The notes under the pieces were generated by a model. It made no database searches, had not been told where the DNA came from, and saw only the letters and a program-made list of their open reading frames with translations. 64,000 nucleotides of DNA from Octopus vulgaris (taxonomy: Eukaryota): NCBI GenBank assembly GCA_951406725.2, contig OX597814.1, forward strand, positions 147,250,001 through 147,314,000, written 5' to 3'. A program made the position numbers and the translations under genes. Positions 27,656 through 43,560 of this stretch are shown here, piece by piece (within the stretch, counting starts at the first letter, position 1; each line of letters opens with the position of its first letter).

Positions 27656-28435
27656 ACCAATGCATCCCGGCGTTGCCCGGGTGTTCTGGCCTACATCCAC
27701 ATCCTATTATTTGTTTCTTATGGGCAGAATCATGACGTGTGCTGGCTTTCTTTCACCTTCTCCTATAGTACATACAGAATCAATTTTGGGCTGACAGTCT
27801 TTCACTTTCAAATACAGAACATACAGAGGGTATGAAACATCGGCCTCTATATTAGCATCCTCAAATTTGAGAAACAAACACTGATAAGTTTTTCTTTTAA
27901 AACTTCATTGCCTGAGATTAATACCATGAAACACCACGAAATGAACTTTATCATATAAGCTTAATTAAATTATAGTTTGTTTTTAAAATAAAATAAAAAA
28001 TTGAATTATACTTATATCCAATTTTTGGCCTTATATCTTTTTCATGATATTTTACTTCACAAATTTTTTATGTAAATTCTTTTGCATGGGAACAAAACTA
28101 TGAAATTCTTTATGATTTCTATCATTGAAGCTAAGATAAATATATTTTGGTTTTAAAATAAAAAATAAAGTTATTTGTATCTAAATTTGATTAGTTGCGT
28201 TACGTACTCTCCTATAACGCTGCTACAAATTTTGATGTAAACTTTTTTCTACTATTTTTTTTTACAATTTTTATGCCACAATATAGCTAGGGACCAGTCC
28301 ACTTCAAAAATGTTAAGTTTTCAATTTTGTTAAAAACTGAATGAGCGACAAACTCTGGAAGATGCTGTGTGTGAGTAAATGTTGGCCTTAAGAATATTTT
28401 TAAACTTCTACCGTAGTTGAATGATATATGTATAA

Positions 28436-28437
<2 letters not shown>
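27656..28437 (-). mobile_element. Non-autonomous Helitron-like element
   Basis: Subterminal GC hairpin cccggcgttgcccggg (27666-27681) about 10 nt from a decayed CTAG-like end; the other end runs into a TA-rich tract. Confidence 0.5.
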
Positions 28438-28469
<32 letters not shown>

Positions 28470-28489
28470 ATGTATGTGTGTGTGTCTGT

Positions 28490-28730
28490 GTGAATGCGCA
28501 TGACATATTAGTTAGTGAGTTGCACTCATCATTACGAGATTGTAATTTCGATTCCAAGATCGGGCGTTGCTTTGTGTTCTTGAGCAAAGCACTTCATTTC
28601 ACATTGCTCTGCATCATTTCTCCATCAGACATGTGGCACGCGTTGTACCTCTACAGAAAATGTCGATTTGTTGGAGTGAGCTTATGTGAACAGAAACGTT
28701 TGATCTCATCTGAGGATGTGGAATCCACAA
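28490..28730 (+). mobile_element. Degenerate SINE with family B-like head
   Basis: ttcgattccaagatcgggcg..ttgtgttcttgagcaaagcacttcatttcac matches 57540-57655. Confidence 0.65.
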
Positions 28731-29017
28731 TATATACATATATACATACACGCATGGACAAAATTCTTCAATACTAGATAAGCCACCTATACTTGCATGC
28801 AACCAACTCAACGAGTACTCCCTACTCGAATGGGCTATTATACCACAAAATCTGACACGAGATAGGAATGAGCAAATTATATCAGGTGGTGCTATTAATG
28901 TATAGGTAATGACTTAAATTTTACTCTCATCTTGAACTAGTTTTCTTAATCTGAGCACTATATATTGAATGCCATCCTTTTCTACTATATGTATAAGCTA
29001 ATCTTCTCAATATACCT

Positions 29018-29052
<35 letters not shown>

Positions 29053-29454
29053 TCATTTATAAATATATACTTAATTGGTATATGTATATATACTTTCTTA
29101 AGCCAGCTTTCCTGAGGTTGTTATTCCATATATTTCTAAGCATTTCTTTATGAGCATTTATCCGTGAGTGTTGATTCATATACTGATTAATAATTGTGCA
29201 AGTAGTTGTATTCATATACATCTCATGCTAAACTACCACATAAGATTACTGTCCTTCCTTTCGTCTCTATGCTAGCCCGAATAATTCTGATTATATTTGT
29301 AATTAATTTTACAATTTTGTAATTTTTCAACCTGATGCAACTTTACAACATTATGCAATTACAATACCACACAGGTTCATTTTTTCCTTGAAGCTCTACT
29401 TCTATCTTAACCTGAATACGCTCTGTTTCTCTCCACAATTGAATTTAACCGCAA

Positions 29455-29912
29455 CCCTGTTTTAGTGCCTAAATAACTCTATATATTTTAATGTATTACC
29501 CGGTTACCTCCCTTTTGTTCTCGTCTATAATTATGAATGTATTTTTATTCATTTTTTTCATCTTTTCTTTTCTCGCTCAGACAATTACTTGTCAATTGGA
29601 AATGGAACTAAGGTCTATTCATCAGATAATAACATATCCCTAACTGCAAGTATTATTTACCACCCTTAAATCTTATTTTAGCACCTAAATATTTCTCTGC
29701 ATTCTAATATTTTAATATTACTATATTATATCATAATATTATAATGCATTGCTCGATTACCTCCCTTAGCTATAGTCCATGAATATATATATTTCCATTC
29801 ATTTTTCATCTCTTCTTTTCTCGTTCAGACAATTATTTGTAAATCGATATGTATCTCAGATGTATTCAGAACATAATAACATATCCAAACCACAAATATT
29901 ATTTAAAACACC
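29455..29912. repeat. Old diverged tandem duplication (~220-245 bp unit, 2 copies)
   Basis: Shared blocks ttacctccctt, ttttctcg.tcagacaatta, ataataacatatcc and tattattta appear in the same order twice. Confidence 0.75.
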
Positions 29913-29979
29913 TTTAGTATTCCTCGAATATTTTCTTTCATTTTCTTTTATTTGTTTTGTATTTTATTCATAGATTTAA

Positions 29980-31690
29980 CAGACCTGAACGACGCCATTT
30001 TTTTCAAATATAAGCAGACTAATTAAGTTGTAGGATTAACTTTGGCGTCACCTTACCCACCATAGGTGTATTAGGATGAGTTTTTTTGTTAATAAATAAT
30101 AGTAACAGCAAACTTAATTTTTATGCCTACATGACGGAATGAGTCAAAGATCCTCAGTAGCAATTCACAACTGTTGATGTATGCTTTTTAGGGGAATGCT
30201 GATGCATTTATGAAATAAATTAATGCTTCTGATCTCAACTTTTTTCGAGATTTCTTAGAAGCAATGTCTTCAAAACAGTTTATGTGTATTCCAAACCCCA
30301 GAACTTTTATTTAATATTAGTGAATTGAATTGATGCATCTGCCTGTCAGGGGCTGTAATGTTTTAGCAAGGAAGTAGATTTCTAAAAATAATAATCCAGA
30401 ACTAAGAATTGAATGAGAAACATTTTGAACTCTAACGGGAGCATATTATAAATGACACAAATTCAAGTGGAAAAGTGAGAAAGGACATTCATTATAGGCG
30501 AATATATTTCATGATTCGCGTGAGGATTGAGGGACTGCAATCCAGATTTCATTTTTGAAACATTTTTGGTAAATTTTAAGTAAAGGCATTCCTAATAAAA
30601 TTTGCGTATACACAACAAAATTTAAAATTTACCTGCTAGCTGAGAAACATGTTATTCAATGTAAGCTCCCTAACCCCATTTGGATAGCACACCTTCTACG
30701 TTTAGCTGATTTCTTTGAGCATGTCATGTCAATGTATTGGATAAGAAATGGGGGGAAAAATCAATGTCATTTGAAAGAGAGAAAATATTTCAGCACAGCT
30801 ATCATATCTTGCGTAATAGATTCAAAAGCTGGCACCGGACACAAAATGAAATAAAATAACTGTCTTTTTTTAACAGAACTAGTGCGAAGATATCTTTTTT
30901 GGTGACATTATGATAACACTAATAATGCAGGTCATCAATCTCAGTTGTTCCCTGGTTAATCTCCACAATTCGAGTCACATGCTGTATGTTGGTTTATGAA
31001 TTTCTTCAATTGTAAAATTTCTCTTCTATCAGAATAGTCAAAATATTTAGAAGATGAAACTTCTGGAATTCCCAACACTCAAGTACACTCAAGAACTTTC
31101 CGAACACTCAAGAAATAATTTTCAGAAGGAGAGTCTTATAAAACTATGCATGTAGAGGTAGAAAAAAATGATGCTTTTCCATATCTTACAATTTTCTCAA
31201 CTTGTAAAGTTGAAAACAAAAACTACTTTCAGAAAAATCTTGAAATCTTCTGAGATCATCTAAATGAATTTAATATTAAACTCTATAATTTTGCGGTTAT
31301 TTTAGAAAGGAAACACTCACATTTTCCCAAAATAGAACATGCTGGTATTTGAAATGAATTTTTTAAGTTCCAATATATTATTTTTTGTTTTTATTTTGAG
31401 TGCGTATTTGACACTTCTGTTATTTCTCCATAATACTGTTTGTAAACTTGCAAATCAGTCCGTAACAATATTTTGAGCTTCGAAATTCTTACCCTATTTA
31501 TTCTTGCAAAATTGGAAATTATCCCATTATAAATCTTGCTTTTTCATAACATTACTTGTTAGCACAATAAAGACATACAGAAATGAACTGAACCTTGAAG
31601 GCAGCATGCAAGTTGCTGTTACATAAAAAATATTCTGATTTTGAATTTTATAATATCAAAAATCAAAACAGCATTATTTTTACTTATTTT
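29980..31690 (+). mobile_element. Decayed hAT (Buster/Charlie-like) transposase remnant
   Basis: LSKG..IYLLAEK..LPNPIWIAHLLRLADFFEH (~W..LAYLADIF) at ~30570-30720; RNELNLEGSMQVAV..DFE (~RNRLDVE.DMRVALS..PDF) at ~31578-31650. Confidence 0.6.
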
Positions 31691-33683
31691 TCTTTTTGAA
31701 AACTAGAAGTGGGGTGGTATTTTTTTAAATATGCAAGCACTTGATTTACATTCTTTTATACAAAATTTATTTGCATGATTTTTCTTATGTCAGCATGTTG
31801 TACATATCTTTTTTTTTTCATTTGAAGATACATATTCAATGCAATAAATATTTCTTTATACAAATATTTGTATCCAACATGATACAATTTAAGAGAAATT
31901 GATATTTTTTATACGAACAAGTCTGAAAATATTTTAATTTTACTAGTAAGGAGTTTTAGATAATGCCTTACAAGGAGATAACCACTCTTCACGAAAATTG
32001 TTGTTCGTTGAACTTCATGTCAAAGAGGGTTTTTTTTATTAGTGGTGGGTGTTATTGTTGTTTTATATTTGTCATGTATTTTATGTTTGATGCTGTGTTG
32101 ACAGTCTAATTATAGTTACATTTCAAATTTAGACCGTTATTTCCATTTTTTCTTCTGTACTTAGCAACAAGGAATCTTTCCTTTTTAGCTATGATATATC
32201 TGGATTTGAGTGGGAAATTCCATGTAATATAATAAAATATAATGTAATATAATATGAAGTTTCCAAATTTTGTTTTTTCTCGCTATTCCTTCTTTGTGTT
32301 ATATAATATTTTTTGGAATGTAAATTATTGTGAGGTTGCCGATCCTTATTGCGTATGTATAATCAGCTACTAAGAAAATGACATACTTGTATAACCAGTA
32401 TAATTGTAGCGTCATGGAATGTATAACTTTAGTTTTTTCTAAAATGTACAGGTATCATTATTGTCTGAAATTCGTACATTGGCTAGCAGGTGAATGATCT
32501 GATGCAAACTTTAAATTCCGTTGTTTTGATATTATCACACCCCATGATTATACGCAATGAAGATTACGTTCAGTTTTACGACTTTCAATTTTTATGAATA
32601 AAACTGTTCATATTTCAAAAGCAGGGTGAAATTTTCATTTTAATAATTTTTGCGTCTATTGCATATTATGTAGAACTTGATTCTATTTCATTCTAGAGGT
32701 CGGGCTGCCATTTTTTGTTTGGTTTATGTTGTAGTATAGTGGTTACGTCAATACATAGAAATATTAACATTTTATTTTTGCATCGTGTATGAATGAGAAT
32801 GTCAAAGCCTGTGTGAATAGAAATTTAACCAGTGACATTTTCGGTATGTCGCATTCGCATTCATTATTCGCAGACAAGTCTTTGTTGGTGTTACAGAAAT
32901 CATATTATAAACCGACGCATAGACGACAGACAAAAATATAACACGATTAAGTATAACTATATACACACACGTGCGCGCGCTTATATAATTTTAAAAAGTT
33001 TTGGCAAAACGTAATTAATATTTGTCAATATTTGAGCAAAAAATTTTATGCCCTGCTTGGAATTACGAGTTACTTCTATAAACAATTGCATAAGATATAT
33101 AAACATATACTAAACAGGCGTAAATAAGTTTAAATACATATATATGGATATGTGCGTGTGTATAAACAAACATATAAGCAATAATGAGTTGAGAGAAATA
33201 ACGTGATAGGGGCATTTATTTAAATAAAATTGGCAAAAATAGACATGTCAAATATTGCACAACATAAAATCTTTATCTATGAAAACCCTACCTCCAGAGG
33301 ATATACCCTAATTACCATGTGGTATTTTACCGCAAACTTCACTTTAGAAGGGCTATAATACATGATTCAATAAATTTTTTTTAAGTTAATAAATCATTAA
33401 TGTTAAAACAACAGCAGCCCTTGTGCGAACACTTGTTTATGATAGTCAAGGGATTTGTGCGTGTATGTGTATGTTTGTAGGTAGAGTGTTAAATCAAATC
33501 TGGGCACATGAAGACGTAGGACGCCTAAAAGTTTAGGTAAAATATTATAGGGTTCACAATGTGTTAAAACAAACAGGAGAATCACAAGTATTGAATAATT
33601 ACTGTAGATATCTCAATGCCAAATGCATTATAAGTCGTAGATCCAACTGAGGGTTGGTTGTAGTTGGGTTGTAGGTATATGGA

Positions 33684-34066
33684 TGGAAGCACTCCGTCGG
33701 TTACGACGACGAGGGTTCCGGTTGATCCGAATCAACGGAACAGCCTGTTCGTGAAATTAACGTGTAATTGGCTGAGCACTCCACAGAGACGTGTACCCTT
33801 TACGTAGTCCTCGGGGATATTCAGCGTGACACAGAGAGTGACAAGGCCGGCCCTTTGAAATACAGGTACAACAGAAACAGGAAGTAAGAGTGAGAGAAAG
33901 TTGTGGTGAAAGAGTACAGCAGGGATCACCACCATCCCCTGCCGGAGCCTCGTGGAGCTTTAGGTGTTTTCGCTCAATAAACACTCACAACGCCCGGTCT
34001 GGGAATCGAAACCACGATCCTATGACCGCGAGTCCGCTGCCCTAACCACTGGGCCATTGCGCCTCC
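33684..34066 (-). mobile_element. SINE family A, full length
   Basis: Highly similar to 24577-24953; TSD tgtaggtatat (33670-33680 / 34068-34078). Confidence 0.92.
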
Positions 34067-34680
34067 ATGTAGGTATATAAGGAGAATACAAATGTTGTTT
34101 AAAATTTGTAACAGCTGTTTCGGAAGAATTTTATTGATTTATTCATAGAATACACCATCTTTAGTGAAAATTTAAAACAAGTATGAAACCGGCGAAGTAA
34201 TACATCCTTCGTTTACAATTTGTAGGATAAATGGCAGTTTCAAAATAACATTCGAAATTATATAGAAATTAGGAGTGGCTTTCACGGGTAAGGAGACCAA
34301 ACAAGAATATTAATTCAAAACACTTATGTAAATTAGCTTATAGCTGATACTGGCTTCGAAAACATATAAGAATCGTAGACATACTGTAGACGTGAGTTGA
34401 CCTTAAGTTCATTAACATCAAGAAGATATCTTGTGAATTAAATGAAGTAGAGAAAACAAACTTCAGTGCAGCAGGAAGTCGTAAAATAGCAATCACACGT
34501 TTTGCTTCGTTCCATTCAACTCAAGTACCATAGTTATACGATTACACACCGAAACAGCCGCGCGCGCACACACACAAGCACGAGAGCACACACACACATA
34601 TATATAACCACAGACATATACACATGTATATATTTACACACATTTGCATATACATATATATGGTTGGGTTATGTGCACAC

Positions 34681-34734
<54 letters not shown>

Positions 34735-34741
34735 AATATAC

Positions 34742-34826
<85 letters not shown>

Positions 34827-34827
<1 letters not shown>

Positions 34828-35257
34828 GGTGTAGAGTGGTTGCGTGGTAAGTACCTTGCTTACGAACTACATGGCTCCGGGTTCAGTCCCATTGCGTGGC
34901 ATCTTGAGCAAGGGTCTTCTACTATAGCCTCAGGCCGACCAAAGCTTTGTGAGTGGATCTGGTAGACGGAAACTGAAAGAAGACCGTCGTATAAATGTAA
35001 ATATATATTTATATATGTCTATGTATGTGTGAGTATATGATTGTGTGCCTGTGTTTGCCCCGCAAATATCACTTGGCAACCGATGCTAGTCTGTTTACGT
35101 CCCCGTAACTTACCAGTTCGGCAAAAAGAAACCAATAGAATAAGTACTAGGCTTAAAAAGAATTAGTCCTGGGGTCGATTTGCTCGACTAAAGGCGGTAC
35201 TCCAGCATGGCCACAGTCACATAACTGAAACAAGTAAAAGAGTAATAGAGTAAAAGA
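34827..35257 (+). mobile_element. SINE family C, full length, in a (TA)n tract
   Basis: Matches the reverse complement of 22195-22596. Confidence 0.9.
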
Positions 35258-35283
35258 TTATATATATATATATATATATATAC

Positions 35284-35951
35284 AATTAATCAATATAGGG
35301 TAGCAAAAAATTCAGCAGAAATTACTTGCCACCAGCGGTCTAGTGGGAAAAAGGAAATAGTCAAAGACTATTAATAAATTCAACAGCAAAATTTTTTTGC
35401 GGTTGAAGCCTTGGCTGCTATTTCTAGTGGGTTGAACGGCCTATTATGGCCGTTCCTTAATTTTGCTGTTGAATTTATTAATAGTCTTTGACTATTTCCT
35501 TTTTCCCACTAGACCGCTGGTGGCAAATAATTTCTACTGAATTTTTTGCTACCCTATATTGATTAATTATAAATTTTCTGTTTAATTCCGAAATGGAATC
35601 GGCAGCTTATATTTGCTGCCGATAAATTTGGCGCGAGTACGATGATTTGAAAATTTTAGGTCAGATATTGCCGAGACAGTAATGGTGCTGCCGCGTGAAA
35701 ATATCTCTCCCGTCTGGCTTACTTTACTGATGAATCTGTTGGCCTATGGAGGATTAGTTTGATTTAATTTAATCAGGCTGATTTACCATTAAAAAATAGA
35801 TGAAACGATGCATTGTATAAAGTATAACAGGGTAAATGTTTTTTAAATTTTCTCCTTGTTTACGGAATTAAAATTTTTTTTGCGGTTGAAGCCTTGGCTG
35901 CTATTTCTAGTGGGTTGAACGGCCTATTATGGCCGTTCCTTAATTTTGCTG
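35284..35951 (+). mobile_element. Non-autonomous PLE/retrozyme-like element with hammerhead, direct and inverted terminal repeats
   Basis: 110-bp inverted repeat (35284-35393 / 35459-35568, 2 mismatches), ~80-bp direct repeat (35388-35468 / 35870-35951), internal HHR, TA tracts on both sides. Confidence 0.85.
35720..35824 (+). ncRNA. Type I hammerhead ribozyme with extended stem II
   Basis: Stem I UACUUUA/UAAAGUA; core CUGAUGA; stem II AUCUGUU/AAUAGAU enclosing a 14-bp hairpin; GAAA; self-complementary stem III ACGAUG/CAUUGU; cleavage triplet GUA (35815-35817). Confidence 0.88.
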
Positions 35952-35952
35952 C

Positions 35953-35999
<47 letters not shown>

Positions 36000-36063
36000 T
36001 TTCGGTGAGAATGTTTTTTTTTATTCCGCTCCGTGTTTACAATCCTGTAAATATTAATAATGG

Positions 36064-36282
36064 TATTTTTATATGAGCTCAAAGCTGATGGTGTTCACCA
36101 TGCAATGACTAAGGAGACAGTCTCATAGAGGTGTCTATAAGGCCTCGACAGAAAAAAAGAAGGCTTGCCTATCTGCGCGGGATGAAACTCTTCTTTTTTC
36201 TGTCTTATATACCCTTTCATTAGACTATTTTCCTTAGTCATTGCTCGGTGATCGCTATAAGCTTTGAGCTTATATAAAAATA
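36064..36282 (+). repeat. ~220-nt imperfect fold-back (long hairpin) between TA/CA tracts
   Basis: tatttttatatgagctcaaagct..gcaatgactaagga..gacagaaaaaaagaag pairs with cttcttttttctgtc..tccttagtcattgc..agctttgagcttatataaaaata. Confidence 0.9.
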
Positions 36283-36355
<73 letters not shown>

Positions 36356-36419
36356 AATTTTTGCGGAATAAGCTAAAAGAACAAGGCTGTGTAGATATTA
36401 GACCATTTATAGGTAAAAT

Positions 36420-36463
36420 GTCTTACAGCTGTCTCTAGGATATTTATTAATATCATCGGAGAC
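36420..36463 (-). ncRNA. Degenerate minimal hammerhead in a TA-flanked element (~36354-36668)
   Basis: - strand GUCU-CCGAUGA-...-GAGAC-AGCU-GUA-AGAC: two core substitutions, palindromic stem III ACAGCUGU. Confidence 0.5.
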
Positions 36464-36667
36464 GGCGTGAGAGGATGGTTAAGTCATAGTTAGTTTAGAT
36501 GTGATACAAAATAGAGAGTGAGGCGGTGGAAAGAATGTAAGTTATGGATATTGAAGTTGTAAATCCATTTTTAGGCATAATGTTATATAACCAACATTCC
36601 AATATCCTATGAGTAAAGTCAAAAAGTCCAACAGAGTTTAAAATGGGTCCTTCCATGCAAGGTTCCC

Positions 36668-36745
<78 letters not shown>

Positions 36746-36756
36746 TTATATATATA

Positions 36757-37995
36757 CGGGTGTTGGACTAAATTATGGAAACACTTAGCATGATAGCATC
36801 ATAATTTTGAAATATCTATAAAAATGTCTTATTTTGCTTATAAAGCTTATATTGCTTGATATGTTTTGCTAAAATTTCTGTTTCTTTTCAGATAACACCA
36901 GAAAAGGTTCATTAAAATTCATTAACATGAATGACAATTCTATCGGACTTTCAAAGAGGTCAAACCTCTAGCGTAACGAGAACAGCCGAAAAGTTTGGTG
37001 TATCAAGAAGTAGTGTCTCGAAAGTAATGACAGCTTTGGAGAAAACATTCCTCATCGAAACAAAATTTAGGTCGAAACAAAACTTCGGAAGGATTGTAAA
37101 ACATTCAGGGAAAGGCCGCCAGACTCTCAGGTGAATTGTTAGAAGGGACACAAAATTACAGCTCCCAAAATTACTGTAAAGCTTAATGACCACCTCGAGA
37201 ACACAGTTTCAACAAAGAGTGTTCGATGGGAGTTGCACAAGGCCGGATTTCACGGGAGCGCTGTAATCAAGAAACTAGTACTTTCAAAAACAAACGTTGC
37301 AAAGCATTTGGAGTGGTATAGAAACCTACAGAATTGATCCCTAGAGCAGTGGAAGGACGTAATTTTCTCGGAAGAGTCATCCTTTACCTTATTTCCGACC
37401 ACCGGCTGACCAAACATGTGAAGACAGCCAAAAGAAGCCATTGACCTAGACTGCCTTCTTCCAACTGTTAAACATGGAAGAGGATCTGTGATGATCTGGG
37501 GGACTATATCTTGGAAATCCGCCGGCAAATGGCTTCCCTTCATGGCAGAATTAATAGTCAAGTCTATTTAAGCATATTATCTGATCAAATTAATCCAATA
37601 GTTGCGGAACTGTTTCTGGAGAGAAACACAATTTTTCGGTATAATAATGCACAAATTCACACAGCTAAATTTGTTAATGAATGGCACGAGGAACATTCTA
37701 ATGAAGTTGAACATCTTATCTGGCCACCAAAGTCCGCAGATATCAAAATTATTGAACATTTATAGTGCATTTCAGAAAACAAGTAAGAAGTCGATATCCT
37801 CCATCATCACTACAAGAACTGAAGATTGCTTTAGCTGAAGAATAGACAAAAATTCCTTCGGAAATAATTCAAACTTTGAACGAGGCCATACCTCGTAGAA
37901 TTCAAGTTGTATTAATGCCAAAGGAAGTCTTACCCCATATAGAAATTAACTACTTTGTAATTTCAAGGTGTTTGCATTATTTTGTCCAACCCGTG
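36757..37995 (+). mobile_element. Tc1-like DNA transposon, full-length pseudogene
   Basis: TIRs (ta)cgggtgttggactaaattatggaaacac / gtgtttgcattattttgtccaacccgtg(ta) with TA flanks. Motifs LSDFQRGQ, FGVSRSSVSKV, WKDVIFSEES, TVKHGRGSVMIWG, NNAQIHTA and WPPKSADIKIIEHL, with stops/frameshifts. Confidence 0.93.
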
Positions 37996-38177
37996 TATGT
38001 ATGTGTACGTATATATAAATATGTATATATTGACTGACGAAGAGAATTAAGCTGCGATATTCTGTGTATCCTTTCCTTGCCTATATTCTTCCGTATGTTA
38101 AGTTTCGTCTCGCGCTTCATGTTTGCTGTGATTTCGACTAACTTTGTCTCCTTGTATTTATGTTTGTTCAATCATTG

Positions 38178-38227
<50 letters not shown>

Positions 38228-38559
38228 GCACACACATACACACCCATGCACATAAATACATACACAACAGATGTGATTATACTATAGACCTGAAAAAGGT
38301 AGACGAATCAATTTAGATATAAAAATGGGATCTACTCACACTGCGCAGTTTACTGATGTTGATGGTACCTGCTTGTTATACTGTTTGCAGGAACTTTTTC
38401 CCAATTTCACCGGGGATTTATTTAGTGACGAAGCTTTGTGTACTTCCACTAGTTACATTAAGTTATAAATCGAGAGAACGAGAAAGAAACTAGTCATAGT
38501 TTAGAATACAAACTTAAGGTTACGAACTTTTTCAGAGGCATGTTTGAACCTCAGATGAG

Positions 38560-38813
38560 GATTACATTACCCCTATCTTGAACTAGATAAGTCCAACGAA
38601 GAAAAACGGAGGAAGAGAACTTATAGTGAGAAACAATCTTAAGGAGTACATGCAATAAATAGGGGCTGCAATAAGGACGGAGCACTTGCAGAAAACAGCA
38701 CTGCTTAGAATGGCTCGAATACTCTGGAAGGTGTTCGAAAAAGAAGAGGTGTTACCTTAGTTCCCTGGTAGTGAATAGCTGACACCATAGTACATCTCCA
38801 GCTGTGCAAAGGC
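38560..38813 (+). mobile_element. 3' end of an older R4/Dong-related LINE whose (AAT)n tail hosts the young copy
   Basis: IGAAIRTEHLQKTALLRMARILWKV (~IQKIALLGTAHILRR) followed by a short UTR and (AAT)n. Confidence 0.8.
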
Positions 38814-42037
<3,224 letters not shown>

Positions 42038-42039
42038 TA

Positions 42040-42436
42040 ACGGACTTGAAGGACTACTACATACTGTGAAAACATTCAGTGATGACTTGGTAAATGGTCT
42101 TGAAAAATGTTCCAATGACACTTTCCAGAAAGGGAAACTGGTGACCTCAAATTCAGTGGTGTTGCCCGTTGATGCAGTCATAACAGAACTCGAGCAAGAA
42201 CAAAATTACAAATACCTTGTAATAAATGAGGGTCTGGCATTCAACATGCAAGCATCAAAGAGAAAATCAGGAAGGAGTGTCACAGGAGAGTTCGAGTAGT
42301 CCTAAAATTCGATTTAAATGCACATAACAAGATGGTAAATATTTATTCCTTAGCAGTTCCGATTGCTATTTACAGCTTCAATGTGTTAAACTGGAATATG
42401 AGCGAAAGAAGGAAAATTGACAAGAAAATACTTAAG
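42040..42436 (+). mobile_element. Older R4/Dong-like RT fragment
   Basis: VKTFSDD..GLEKC..KGKLV..ELEQEQNYKYL..IKEKIRKEC.RRVR..LNAHNK..SLAVP..YSFNVLNW..KIDKKI. Confidence 0.88.
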
Positions 42437-42530
42437 CTTCGCTGCAATTTGAACTCAGAACGTAAGCACGGACGAAATGCCGCTTAGCATTTTGCTCTGC
42501 ATTCTAACGATTCTGCCACCTCGCTACCTT
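42437..42530 (-). mobile_element. SINE family D head
   Basis: Reverse complement aaggtagcgaggtggcagaatcgttag..ctgagttcaaatt matches 47881 onward. Confidence 0.75.
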
Positions 42531-43128
42531 ATTAATAATAATGATAATAATGTTAATGATTCTTAAAATAATACCACTAATAATACTAATGATAATATCC
42601 ATATTAGAAATAATAGTAATACGTGCATAAAGAACTTATTGACGAAAGGGAAAAATGAAGGTTGGTAATTGTAACAATATTAATACTGACGCTAATATAT
42701 CTGGTATTCGTATTTGCAATACCGACCTACTCTTTTGAATTTTAACAGTAATAATGACTGTTATGTTACCTTTGCAAACATTAATGTTCTTTATACGAAC
42801 GTAATAATAGCAGTGATTGTTATAATAAGACTAGTTGGCCACGTGCCGTCAATAATGACGGCTAAATGTAGCACCTTATATATGAATAAGGTGCAGAATA
42901 AAGTACATGATTATCAAACATACATTCACATACTTGTCTTGTACATGCACGCATATACACACATACACTCACACAGAATTGAAACGCAGATTTCTTTGTA
43001 TCACCGCTTCCTTTCTCTGATTTGTATTACTTTTTTTCACTCCCTCTCATTGAGGACTAATATTCTCACTACTTCTCCTTCACTGAATTACTATTTTCTC
43101 TCCTCCGCTTCCGGCGTGATTCTGGACG

Positions 43129-43184
<56 letters not shown>

Positions 43185-43527
43185 AATATATAAAAACACT
43201 ACGCTCACTATTATATTAGGAGATTAACAACAAAACAGTTAAGCATAGCGGTACTCCATAGTACCATTTAAACATACAGATATAAATATAAACAAATTCA
43301 AAGTCTGCAGAACTCATGCTACGGTGACATAATCTTGGTTATTCCACTTTGGTAGAGCAACATTATAATGACATTTCCTAGAAAGTTATTTACCCATCCA
43401 GTAAATATTACCATATCTTTAATAAAAGTAAAGGTAGGAATTTCATTCTAAATTTTATCTCATTTCTAGAGCTTTATAGCCTGTGAAAATATGCGTGATA
43501 TCCATCTAGCCTCGTCATCATACAATT

Positions 43528-43560
<33 letters not shown>

